DNA from: Phallusia mammillata
Taxonomy: Eukaryota
DNA: 64,000 nucleotides
Assembly: GCA_965637545.1 (NCBI GenBank)
Contig: OZ281499.1
Coordinates: 14,322,001-14,386,000 of the forward strand
Direction of reading: 5' to 3'
The notes below the pieces were generated by a model. It made no database searches and was not told the origin of the DNA. It saw nothing but the letters and a program-made list of their open reading frames with translations. The position numbers and the translations under genes were made by a program. Position 1 is the first letter of the stretch; each line of letters opens with the position of its first letter. This document shows, one piece after another, positions 33,057 through 45,931 of the stretch.

Positions 33057-34658
33057 TTAAAAAAAGGTGGCGTTAAAATCTGACGGTATGCGAGCTTTGC
33101 ATGAGCAGAGAATTCGTTCATCGCGCGCTAAATTGTAACAATTTCCGCAAGTGCATTGTATTAGTAGTCTTTTACACTTTTTATTGGTACACTGCGATGG
33201 GCTTTTATAGTTCTGTTCTGTGGCGAAAGTGCCACATTTGCACTTAATGTGCATTGTGCCGCACAAACAACGCATGTTTCTACCTTCGTATGCTGTAAGG
33301 CAGCAATTTGTCCGGTTCTTCGGCGGTGTCGCTGCTGGTCGTTTCCTCCTCCGGACGATCTTGTATCCTTCCTCCTGTGGGGTGATGATCTCCTCTGGAA
33401 GCGATGTGTTCGGAAGGGGGACGACCCCTTCCTCATTTTCTTGGGTAATCCTGGGTGTTGAGGTCGTGGGCGCACTTGGCGCAGGCCCAGGAGAACCGGC
33501 TTGCTCAACCATATTTGGGAGCTTCGACCGCGGACTCCTGGGGTTGGTAGTTGGACCACCGACTCGCTCGACCTTTTCAGGGAGCACCTGTCGCGAGGTC
33601 AATGGAGGGGCCGACGTTGTTGTCTCCTCCTCGTCGTTGTTCTTCTTCTGACCACCGACTCGCTCGACCTGATCAGGGAGCACCTGTCGCGAGGTCTGGG
33701 GAGGGGATGTTGTTGCGATCTCCTCCGTATCCTTCTTCTGACCACCGACTCGCTCGACCTGATCAGGGAGCACCTGTCGCGAGGTCTGGGGAGGGGATGT
33801 TGTTGCGATCTCCTCCGTATCCTTCTTCTGACCACCGACTCGCTCGACCTGATCAGGGAGCACCTGTCGCGAGGTCTGGGGAGGGGATGTTGTTGCGATC
33901 TCCTCCGTTTCCGTGGCTAGACCACCGACTCGCTCAACCTGACCAGGGAGCACCTGTCGCGAGGTCTGGGGAGGGGATGTTGTTCCGATCTCCTCCGGTG
34001 CTTCAGCTGGAACATCAGGCTGTTCTTGGGTTTGCTGGGCCTGACGCTCCAGCAGCGACGGGCATTCCTCCTTCTTATGGCCTACGATCTGACAATAGGC
34101 ACAAGCCCGTGGTTGGCCAGTGTAGAACATTAACACTGACCACTTTCCTAGAAAGATGCTTTCTGGGATGGGGCTTTCCGCGAGAACGGATCTCTTCATA
34201 AAGAAAGCCCGTTTCCCCAGAGACTTGCTCATCGGGTCTTTAACTCTGTAAGAACGCTCGACTGGAGCGTACGTTCTGTCCAGATAATCCACGATTTCTC
34301 GCATATCAATCCCTGGGGGACAGCGAGACATGACAACCTTCACTAGATTGTCAGCGTAGGCTGTGGCGTAATCCGCCCTTTGGCTGTTGGTCAGGGCGAC
34401 CGCTAGATCTTTGGCCTTCGTCTCCGTGCTACAATAAAAAGTAACTCGGCCCTTCGGCAGTTGAATGATGCCGTCCAAGTCGGCTCGAAAATTGAACCTG
34501 ATAGCCCGTAAAACTTCGTAAATCTCCTGTCTTTTCAGGCCAGGGTTAAAGCGGGCTTCCACCTCGACATTTCGGTCGAAAGCGAAAGGCTCTTGACCTT
34601 CATTTGCAGTGGTGGCTGTGGGAGCCAAACTCTTCTTTGTGGCGGCAGCGTAGGACAT
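33057..34658 (-). CDS. ORF1 of copy 1: gag-like nucleic-acid-binding protein (533 aa from ATG)
   Basis: Zinc knuckle CAYCQIVGHKKEEC (CX2CX4HX4C, 34062-34103), 30-aa repeats, basic RRRKRP, Cys-rich C-terminus; 47 bp upstream of ORF2. ATG (MSYAAA) at 34658. Confidence 0.9.
   Translation of the reverse strand: MSYAAATKKSLAPTATTANEGQEPFAFDRNVEVEARFNPGLKRQEIYEVLRAIRFNFRADLDGIIQLPKGRVTFYCSTETKAKDLAVALTNSQRADYATAYADNLVKVVMSRCPPGIDMREIVDYLDRTYAPVERSYRVKDPMSKSLGKRAFFMKRSVLAESPIPESIFLGKWSVLMFYTGQPRACAYCQIVGHKKEECPSLLERQAQQTQEQPDVPAEAPEEIGTTSPPQTSRQVLPGQVERVGGLATETEEIATTSPPQTSRQVLPDQVERVGGQKKDTEEIATTSPPQTSRQVLPDQVERVGGQKKDTEEIATTSPPQTSRQVLPDQVERVGGQKKNNDEEETTTSAPPLTSRQVLPEKVERVGGPTTNPRSPRSKLPNMVEQAGSPGPAPSAPTTSTPRITQENEEGVVPLPNTSLPEEIITPQEEGYKIVRRRKRPAATPPKNRTNCCLTAYEGRNMRCLCGTMHIKCKCGTFATEQNYKSPSQCTNKKCKRLLIQCTCGNCYNLARDERILCSCKARIPSDFNATFF
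33552..33995 (-). repeat. 90-bp (30-aa) coding tandem repeat in ORF1 copy 1, 4 units plus 1 degenerate
   Basis: EEIATTSPPQTSRQVLPDQVERVGGQKKDT; exact 90-bp period at 33661/33751/33841. Confidence 0.95.
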
Positions 34659-34916
34659 ACTGGGCTGCTGTAAAAGCCACAACAAGAACTAGCCTCAAAC
34701 AAAGAAAAGGCTGCACCAACCGGTGTCAAGTTGCACGAACCCGTGTGAAAGCGGGAAACAGCAACAAGCGGCTTCTCTAAACAAAGAAAACCTTCCTCGA
34801 ACCGCTTGCAAGCGGACAAGAACAATGAAATTTCTGGGAAAACTTGTAAACAAGTTACCCACATGAAAATAACAAAAGCTGCCTCAAATCCAAAACTGAA
34901 AACAAGGCTGCAGGGT

Positions 34917-34932
34917 AGTCCTGAAAAGGACT
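34917..34932 (-). other. Histone 3' stem-loop-like hairpin in copy 1 5' UTR
   Basis: Element strand AAAG-AGTCCT-TTTC-AGGACT-ACCC versus host AAAC-GGCTCT-TTTC-AGAGCC-ACCC. Confidence 0.6.
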
Positions 34933-35124
34933 CTTTATGTGTGTTCAATTCACCCAGAAAAAAGTGAAGAGAACGGACTATCTAAACAAAAATGTTACAA
35001 GAACAAACTCGTCTGGTTAGTAAAAGAATCGAAATCTATCAATAGCCTTTACTGTATCCTGATGATCTGTTCGACGATAACGTTGTTGTTTCCCTTGTGG
35101 TGCGTCTCCAGGCCCGCCTCCGGC

Positions 35125-35131
35125 TTATAAA
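35125..35131 (-). promoter_or_regulatory. H4 TATA box now directly upstream of retrotransposon copy 1
   Basis: TTTATAA on - strand, equivalent to 3547-3553 of unit 1. Confidence 0.75.
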
Positions 35132-35348
35132 GTATGAAAACGAACGTAAGCGAAGCGAATATGCACAATATGTCCGCATTCGGCGCAGCGGAGCCATGGC
35201 TCGGCAACGAATGGTAGGAATTTCAGTTTCGAAAGGCTAAGTGCGACTGGCGCGCGCAAAACACGAGTTGTTTTTCCCTTTGCGAAAGTGTGGGTGGCCC
35301 TGAAAAGAGCCGTTTTTGTTGCGCGCGGAAAATCTACCGCGCTCCGCT

Positions 35349-35945
35349 CTACTTCTTGGTCGCCTTCTTGGCGGCAGGCTTTTTGGCCTGCTTCTTGGCT
35401 GCCGGTTTCTTCGCCTTCACAGCCGTCTTCTTGGGTGACTTCTTAGCCGCCGCAGCCGGGGCCCTTTTCGCTTGCTTGGCCGCCTTCTTGGGTGACGACT
35501 TCTTGCCCGCCGCCGCCTTCTTGGCAGGCGCTTTTTTGGCGGCCGGCTTCTTTTTCGGGGACTTCTTCGCGTCCTTCTTGGCTGCGGCCGCCTTGGGCTT
35601 GTCCGCCTTCTTGCCGGCTGCTGCCTTGGGCTTCTTCTTCTTCTTGCCCTCGCCGGCCTGCGGCTTCACGAGCTTGAAGGAGCCGGACGCGCCGGTGCCC
35701 TTGGTGCGTGCCAACTGGCCCTTTTCGGCAAGGCGCCGCAGCGCCAGCTTGATATGGCTGTCGGCCGAGTCACCCACCTTGTAGTTGGCCTTGATGTACT
35801 TGGCGATCGCCTGGCGCGACGAGCCGCCCCTCTCCTTCAGCTGCGCGATGGCAGCGCTGATCATCTCCTGGTATGTGGGGTGCGCCTTGGGCGCGGCCGC
35901 CTTCTTGCTGGCCTGCTTCTTTCCTGCGCTCTTCGCGTCGGACAT
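35349..35945 (-). CDS. H1: Histone H1 (unit 6)
   Basis: Same protein, offset +31578. Confidence 0.97.
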   Translation of the reverse strand: MSDAKSAGKKQASKKAAAPKAHPTYQEMISAAIAQLKERGGSSRQAIAKYIKANYKVGDSADSHIKLALRRLAEKGQLARTKGTGASGSFKLVKPQAGEGKKKKKPKAAAGKKADKPKAAAAKKDAKKSPKKKPAAKKAPAKKAAAGKKSSPKKAAKQAKRAPAAAAKKSPKKTAVKAKKPAAKKQAKKPAAKKATKK

Positions 35946-37382
35946 TTTGATTTCTGCTAGTGACTGACTGACTGACTGACAAAGAAATGACGTTTGCCGG
36001 TCGAGCGGCTTCGACGCGTATTTGTACGGCGTGTCCGCACTAACGCGAAACGACGTTTCGGAAAGCCCGCCGACGGTGCGGGTGCTACTTGCTGTTTGTG
36101 CTTGAATCGCCTAAACGCGGGCCTGCCCAAGCGCGGCCCCAGGTCGCTCGGCGTCGGCCTGTGCCCTGTCGAGGAGCGTAGCGCTCAGGGCGCACGCCAG
36201 CGCAATTGCAGACCGGCACCGCGCCGCCGCGCTCCACGGGGGGCTCAGGAGCGAGGCGGCAAGGTGTGCGGTGCGCCCGGTCGAGTGCAGGCGTGGCCTT
36301 CACGCGGGCGTGGGCCCGGGTGGGACGGATTCAGGCGATTTCTCTTGTCGAAAACGCAAGTCCCAGGTGGCCCGGAGCTCGTGGCACCGGGCACTGTCCG
36401 GTGCGGTGGTGCGGGTCGAAGTGGTGGGGCCGCCAAGGCCGCGGGTTAGTACAGGTTGGGCCCGGCGCGTGCGCAGCAGGGGTCACGCCGCTGGTCGGGC
36501 CACCAGAGCGAAAGAGAGAGGGCCGAAAGTGAGACAGCACGCGTGTTTGGTTGTTTGGTTGTTTGCCTTGGCCCTTGGCCTCGCGCCCGTTGATTGCGTT
36601 TTGTCGACGCATTTGCACGGGTTCGGCTCGTCGGTGGGGCGGGTGGCGCCTGACGGTTGTCGTTAGTTCGCCGGTCGGCTTGCTGCACCACGTTTCAGTA
36701 TTTTGTTTCGCCAGTTTGCGCGGCTTTTGCGGTTCGATGCGCGCGTGGGTATTGGCAGGAGGCGAAATCGTGCGGCGCACGTAAAGCCGAGCGCGCGGTG
36801 TTGCCGCTTTGTCCATCTTTTCCTATTTCTCTGGCTTGCGGCAGGTTATGACGCACTTGTGTTCCTTTTAATGGCTGTAAAATCGTTCGCGGTCTGGGGT
36901 TTTTCCCTCGGGCTACTGGTTGAGTTTCGGTTCGGCGAGGTCGGGTCGTTTTTTTTCCGAGTGGCAGCGGAACTGAACTGGGCTGGCAACGGCGCAGTTT
37001 TGGGGGCATTGAAAACAAACAGTGTTTGCCTGTCGACTCGACTCGCGAAAAAGCGGCTAGATCGAGGGTGGTCCCAACGCTGAAGTGGCCAACACAAAAA
37101 GCAAAGTGCGCTTTGCCGTGGCGGCGGTACATTGTGCGCAACGACATTTTTTGGTTTTTGTTTTTTCTTGTTGGCACGGAGCAAAATGAGAAGGGAAAAA
37201 AAAGCAAAAAAACAGAAACGACAAGAAAGTCGGCAAAGCAGGCCTTTCGGCGCTCGCGATTGATTCTCTCCCTGAACGATCGGGTGGCTCTGAAAAGAGC
37301 CGTTTTGGTTGGCGGCGGCGGCGGCGCTCGCTGAGGATGAGGCCCCCCGCGGCGGCGCTTGCTGCTGGTGGTGGTGGCTTGC

Positions 37383-37742
37383 TTACTTGGAGCTGGTGTA
37401 CTTGGTGACGGCCTTGGTGCCTTCGGACACCGCGTGCTTGGCCAATTCGCCGGGCAGGAGCAGACGGACCGAGGTCTGGATCTCGCGGCTGCTGATGGTC
37501 GACCGCTTGTTGTAGAGCGACAGGCGCGACGCCTCGCCGGCGATGCGCTCGAACACGTCGTTGACGAACGAGTTCATGATGCCCATCGCCCGGCTCGAGA
37601 TGCCGGTGTCGGGGTGCACCTGCTTCAACACCTTGTAAATGTAGATGCTGAAGGTCTCGCGTCTGCGCTTTCGCCGCTTCTTGGTCTTGTCGGCCGGCGC
37701 GGCCTTCTTCACTGCCTTCTTGGTGCCTTTGCTAGCTGCCAT
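37383..37742 (-). CDS. H2B: Histone H2B (unit 7)
   Basis: Same protein, offset +36571. Confidence 0.97.
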   Translation of the reverse strand: MAASKGTKKAVKKAAPADKTKKRRKRRRETFSIYIYKVLKQVHPDTGISSRAMGIMNSFVNDVFERIAGEASRLSLYNKRSTISSREIQTSVRLLLPGELAKHAVSEGTKAVTKYTSSK

Positions 37743-38017
37743 GCTGCTGCTCACTGAATTTCTTTCGAAAGGAAACGAACTGAGCGGCTCTCCGGCCACC
37801 GCGGGCATTTATAGGCGCTCCATGCAAATGAGGCGTCCGTCCTCCCGACGAGCGGCGCTCCCGGGAGCAAAAGGAAACAATGGCCCCTTGTGGTCGAGTC
37901 GTGATCCGAGCGTGATCGGAGTGCGAGAGAATTTCGACAAAGGCGAGAGCTATAAAAGGAGAAGGGCGGCGAGTGGCAGGCATTCGACCTTGTTTGGTTT
38001 GTCATTCGCTCAGCTAA

Positions 38018-38422
<405 letters not shown>

Positions 38423-39003
38423 ATCGTCGCCCCTGTCTCGTACGTGGTGCAAACCGAAAAACGGCTCTTTTCAGAGCCACCCGAATTTTTCGCAAAAGAG
38501 ATTTCAAGATGGCCGCCCCCCCCCCCCGCTGCGGCCCGGGACCGTGCATTGCTCGCCCCGAACGAATGTCTTCCTTGTAGCCTTTGCCCAATTTTTGCGA
38601 TGGCAAACTATTTCGACCAATTGAAACCGCATTCCAATTTCACAACACAGCCCTACATGACGTCACTGTGCACCCTGTTGCCTTTGTCGTCGAGTTCGAC
38701 CAGGGCTCCGGCTCCGGGCGAAACGAGCCTTTAATGTGCGTCATTCATGCTCCAGCGAGCAACTGTCCTCGCGCAATTGAATTTCACCCAACGAAACGAA
38801 ATGCCATTTCGAAACACGGCAAAAGAGACTAGCCGGCGGCGGCCATGTTCCTGTTTTTGCCGCGCACATCGCAGGCAAGCGTACTTACTTACGCCGTAAA
38901 AAAATGGCACGACGCGCCGGCCCCCGAAACAAGTCAAGTATCTCTTTCGCAAGGGTTTAGGTGGCTCTGAAAAGAGCCGTTTTGGTTGTTGGTGTGCCGC
39001 TTC

Positions 39004-39540
<537 letters not shown>

Positions 39541-39750
39541 TCAGCGCTTTGATCTCGCCGCACCGGCCAAGCGGCCGGCCGCGAAACGAGTGTATTTCTG
39601 CGCAAAAACGAGCGCCGCCAAGGCCCCGGGCCTGGCCTAGCCTAGCCGCCCCTTCTCGCAAAATTCTCTCCCGCCAAGTATGGGTGGCCCTGAAAAGGGC
39701 CGATTTTGTTGTTGTTGCCGCTTGTGACAAGTCCGAAAGGTGCTGGCAGC

Positions 39751-40215
<465 letters not shown>

Positions 40216-40341
40216 TCAGTTTCGAAAGGCTAAGTGCGACTGGCGCGCGCAAAACACGAGTTGTTTTTCCCTTTGCGAAAGTGTGGGTGGCCCTGAAAAG
40301 AGCCGTTTTTGTTGCGCGCGGAAAATCTACCGCGCTCCGCT

Positions 40342-40938
40342 CTACTTCTTGGTCGCCTTCTTGGCGGCAGGCTTTTTGGCCTGCTTCTTGGCTGCCGGTT
40401 TCTTCGCCTTCACAGCCGTCTTCTTGGGTGACTTCTTAGCCGCCGCAGCCGGGGCCCTTTTCGCTTGCTTGGCCGCCTTCTTGGGTGACGACTTCTTGCC
40501 CGCCGCCGCCTTCTTGGCAGGCGCTTTTTTGGCGGCCGGCTTCTTTTTCGGGGACTTCTTCGCGTCCTTCTTGGCTGCGGCCGCCTTGGGCTTGTCCGCC
40601 TTCTTGCCGGCTGCTGCCTTGGGCTTCTTCTTCTTCTTGCCCTCGCCGGCCTGCGGCTTCACGAGCTTGAAGGAGCCGGACGCGCCGGTGCCCTTGGTGC
40701 GTGCCAACTGGCCCTTTTCGGCAAGGCGCCGCAGCGCCAGCTTGATATGGCTGTCGGCCGAGTCACCCACCTTGTAGTTGGCCTTGATGTACTTGGCGAT
40801 CGCCTGGCGCGACGAGCCGCCCCTCTCCTTCAGCTGCGCGATGGCAGCGCTGATCATCTCCTGGTATGTGGGGTGCGCCTTGGGCGCGGCCGCCTTCTTG
40901 CTGGCCTGCTTCTTTCCTGCGCTCTTCGCGTCGGACAT
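40342..40938 (-). CDS. H1: Histone H1 (unit 7)
   Basis: Same protein as unit 1. Confidence 0.97.
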   Translation of the reverse strand: MSDAKSAGKKQASKKAAAPKAHPTYQEMISAAIAQLKERGGSSRQAIAKYIKANYKVGDSADSHIKLALRRLAEKGQLARTKGTGASGSFKLVKPQAGEGKKKKKPKAAAGKKADKPKAAAAKKDAKKSPKKKPAAKKAPAKKAAAGKKSSPKKAAKQAKRAPAAAAKKSPKKTAVKAKKPAAKKQAKKPAAKKATKK

Positions 40939-42375
40939 TTTGATTTCTGCTAGTGACTGACTGACTGACTGACAAAGAAATGACGTTTGCCGGTCGAGCG
41001 GCTTCGACGCGTATTTGTACGGCGTGTCCGCACTAACGCGAAACGACGTTTCGGAAAGCCCGCCGACGGTGCGGGTGCTACTTGCTGTTTGTGCTTGAAT
41101 CGCCTAAACGCGGGCCTGCCCAAGCGCGGCCCCAGGTCGCTCGGCGTCGGCCTGTGCCCTGTCGAGGAGCGTAGCGCTCAGGGCGCACGCCAGCGCAATT
41201 GCAGACCGGCACCGCGCCGCCGCGCTCCACGGGGGGCTCAGGAGCGAGGCGGCAAGGTGTGCGGTGCGCCCGGTCGAGTGCAGGCGTGGCCTTCACGCGG
41301 GCGTGGGCCCGGGTGGGACGGATTCAGGCGATTTCTCTTGTCGAAAACGCAAGTCCCAGGTGGCCCGGAGCTCGTGGCACCGGGCACTGTCCGGTGCGGT
41401 GGTGCGGGTCGAAGTGGTGGGGCCGCCAAGGCCGCGGGTTAGTACAGGTTGGGCCCGGCGCGTGCGCAGCAGGGGTCACGCCGCTGGTCGGGCCACCAGA
41501 GCGAAAGAGAGAGGGCCGAAAGTGAGACAGCACGCGTGTTTGGTTGTTTGGTTGTTTGCCTTGGCCCTTGGCCTCGCGCCCGTTGATTGCGTTTTGTCGA
41601 CGCATTTGCACGGGTTCGGCTCGTCGGTGGGGCGGGTGGCGCCTGACGGTTGTCGTTAGTTCGCCGGTCGGCTTGCTGCACCACGTTTCAGTATTTTGTT
41701 TCGCCAGTTTGCGCGGCTTTTGCGGTTCGATGCGCGCGTGGGTATTGGCAGGAGGCGAAATCGTGCGGCGCACGTAAAGCCGAGCGCGCGGTGTTGCCGC
41801 TTTGTCCATCTTTTCCTATTTCTCTGGCTTGCGGCAGGTTATGACGCACTTGTGTTCCTTTTAATGGCTGTAAAATCGTTCGCGGTCTGGGGTTTTTCCC
41901 TCGGGCTACTGGTTGAGTTTCGGTTCGGCGAGGTCGGGTCGTTTTTTTTCCGAGTGGCAGCGGAACTGAACTGGGCTGGCAACGGCGCAGTTTTGGGGGC
42001 ATTGAAAACAAACAGTGTTTGCCTGTCGACTCGACTCGCGAAAAAGCGGCTAGATCGAGGGTGGTCCCAACGCTGAAGTGGCCAACACAAAAAGCAAAGT
42101 GCGCTTTGCCGTGGCGGCGGTACATTGTGCGCAACGACATTTTTTGGTTTTTGTTTTTTCTTGTTGGCACGGAGCAAAATGAGAAGGGAAAAAAAAGCAA
42201 AAAAACAGAAACGACAAGAAAGTCGGCAAAGCAGGCCTTTCGGCGCTCGCGATTGATTCTCTCCCTGAACGATCGGGTGGCTCTGAAAAGAGCCGTTTTG
42301 GTTGGCGGCGGCGGCGGCGCTCGCTGAGGATGAGGCCCCCCGCGGCGGCGCTTGCTGCTGGTGGTGGTGGCTTGC

Positions 42376-42735
42376 TTACTTGGAGCTGGTGTACTTGGTG
42401 ACGGCCTTGGTGCCTTCGGACACCGCGTGCTTGGCCAATTCGCCGGGCAGGAGCAGACGGACCGAGGTCTGGATCTCGCGGCTGCTGATGGTCGACCGCT
42501 TGTTGTAGAGCGACAGGCGCGACGCCTCGCCGGCGATGCGCTCGAACACGTCGTTGACGAACGAGTTCATGATGCCCATCGCCCGGCTCGAGATGCCGGT
42601 GTCGGGGTGCACCTGCTTCAACACCTTGTAAATGTAGATGCTGAAGGTCTCGCGTCTGCGCTTTCGCCGCTTCTTGGTCTTGTCGGCCGGCGCGGCCTTC
42701 TTCACTGCCTTCTTGGTGCCTTTGCTAGCTGCCAT
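42376..42735 (-). CDS. H2B: Histone H2B (unit 8)
   Basis: Same protein, offset +41564. Confidence 0.97.
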   Translation of the reverse strand: MAASKGTKKAVKKAAPADKTKKRRKRRRETFSIYIYKVLKQVHPDTGISSRAMGIMNSFVNDVFERIAGEASRLSLYNKRSTISSREIQTSVRLLLPGELAKHAVSEGTKAVTKYTSSK

Positions 42736-43010
42736 GCTGCTGCTCACTGAATTTCTTTCGAAAGGAAACGAACTGAGCGGCTCTCCGGCCACCGCGGGCA
42801 TTTATAGGCGCTCCATGCAAATGAGGCGTCCGTCCTCCCGACGAGCGGCGCTCCCGGGAGCAAAAGGAAACAATGGCCCCTTGTGGTCGAGTCGTGATCC
42901 GAGCGTGATCGGAGTGCGAGAGAATTTCGACAAAGGCGAGAGCTATAAAAGGAGAAGGGCGGCGAGTGGCAGGCATTCGACCTTGTTTGGTTTGTCATTC
43001 GCTCAGCTAA

Positions 43011-43415
<405 letters not shown>

Positions 43416-43996
43416 ATCGTCGCCCCTGTCTCGTACGTGGTGCAAACCGAAAAACGGCTCTTTTCAGAGCCACCCGAATTTTTCGCAAAAGAGATTTCAA
43501 GATGGCCGCCCCCCCCCCCCGCTGCGGCCCGGGACCGTGCATTGCTCGCCCCGAACGAATGTCTTCCTTGTAGCCTTTGCCCAATTTTTGCGATGGCAAA
43601 CTATTTCGACCAATTGAAACCGCATTCCAATTTCACAACACAGCCCTACATGACGTCACTGTGCACCCTGTTGCCTTTGTCGTCGAGTTCGACCAGGGCT
43701 CCGGCTCCGGGCGAAACGAGCCTTTAATGTGCGTCATTCATGCTCCAGCGAGCAACTGTCCTCGCGCAATTGAATTTCACCCAACGAAACGAAATGCCAT
43801 TTCGAAACACGGCAAAAGAGACTAGCCGGCGGCGGCCATGTTCCTGTTTTTGCCGCGCACATCGCAGGCAAGCGTACTTACTTACGCCGTAAAAAAATGG
43901 CACGACGCGCCGGCCCCCGAAACAAGTCAAGTATCTCTTTCGCAAGGGTTTAGGTGGCTCTGAAAAGAGCCGTTTTGGTTGTTGGTGTGCCGCTTC

Positions 43997-44533
<537 letters not shown>

Positions 44534-44743
44534 TCAGCGCTTTGATCTCGCCGCACCGGCCAAGCGGCCGGCCGCGAAACGAGTGTATTTCTGCGCAAAA
44601 ACGAGCGCCGCCAAGGCCCCGGGCCTGGCCTAGCCTAGCCGCCCCTTCTCGCAAAATTCTCTCCCGCCAAGTATGGGTGGCCCTGAAAAGGGCCGATTTT
44701 GTTGTTGTTGCCGCTTGTGACAAGTCCGAAAGGTGCTGGCAGC

Positions 44744-45208
<465 letters not shown>

Positions 45209-45334
45209 TCAGTTTCGAAAGGCTAAGTGCGACTGGCGCGCGCAAAACACGAGTTGTTTTTCCCTTTGCGAAAGTGTGGGTGGCCCTGAAAAGAGCCGTT
45301 TTTGTTGCGCGCGGAAAATCTACCGCGCTCCGCT

Positions 45335-45931
45335 CTACTTCTTGGTCGCCTTCTTGGCGGCAGGCTTTTTGGCCTGCTTCTTGGCTGCCGGTTTCTTCGC
45401 CTTCACAGCCGTCTTCTTGGGTGACTTCTTAGCCGCCGCAGCCGGGGCCCTTTTCGCTTGCTTGGCCGCCTTCTTGGGTGACGACTTCTTGCCCGCCGCC
45501 GCCTTCTTGGCAGGCGCTTTTTTGGCGGCCGGCTTCTTTTTCGGGGACTTCTTCGCGTCCTTCTTGGCTGCGGCCGCCTTGGGCTTGTCCGCCTTCTTGC
45601 CGGCTGCTGCCTTGGGCTTCTTCTTCTTCTTGCCCTCGCCGGCCTGCGGCTTCACGAGCTTGAAGGAGCCGGACGCGCCGGTGCCCTTGGTGCGTGCCAA
45701 CTGGCCCTTTTCGGCAAGGCGCCGCAGCGCCAGCTTGATATGGCTGTCGGCCGAGTCACCCACCTTGTAGTTGGCCTTGATGTACTTGGCGATCGCCTGG
45801 CGCGACGAGCCGCCCCTCTCCTTCAGCTGCGCGATGGCAGCGCTGATCATCTCCTGGTATGTGGGGTGCGCCTTGGGCGCGGCCGCCTTCTTGCTGGCCT
45901 GCTTCTTTCCTGCGCTCTTCGCGTCGGACAT
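45335..45931 (-). CDS. H1: Histone H1 (unit 8)
   Basis: Same protein as unit 1. Confidence 0.97.
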   Translation of the reverse strand: MSDAKSAGKKQASKKAAAPKAHPTYQEMISAAIAQLKERGGSSRQAIAKYIKANYKVGDSADSHIKLALRRLAEKGQLARTKGTGASGSFKLVKPQAGEGKKKKKPKAAAGKKADKPKAAAAKKDAKKSPKKKPAAKKAPAKKAAAGKKSSPKKAAKQAKRAPAAAAKKSPKKTAVKAKKPAAKKQAKKPAAKKATKK

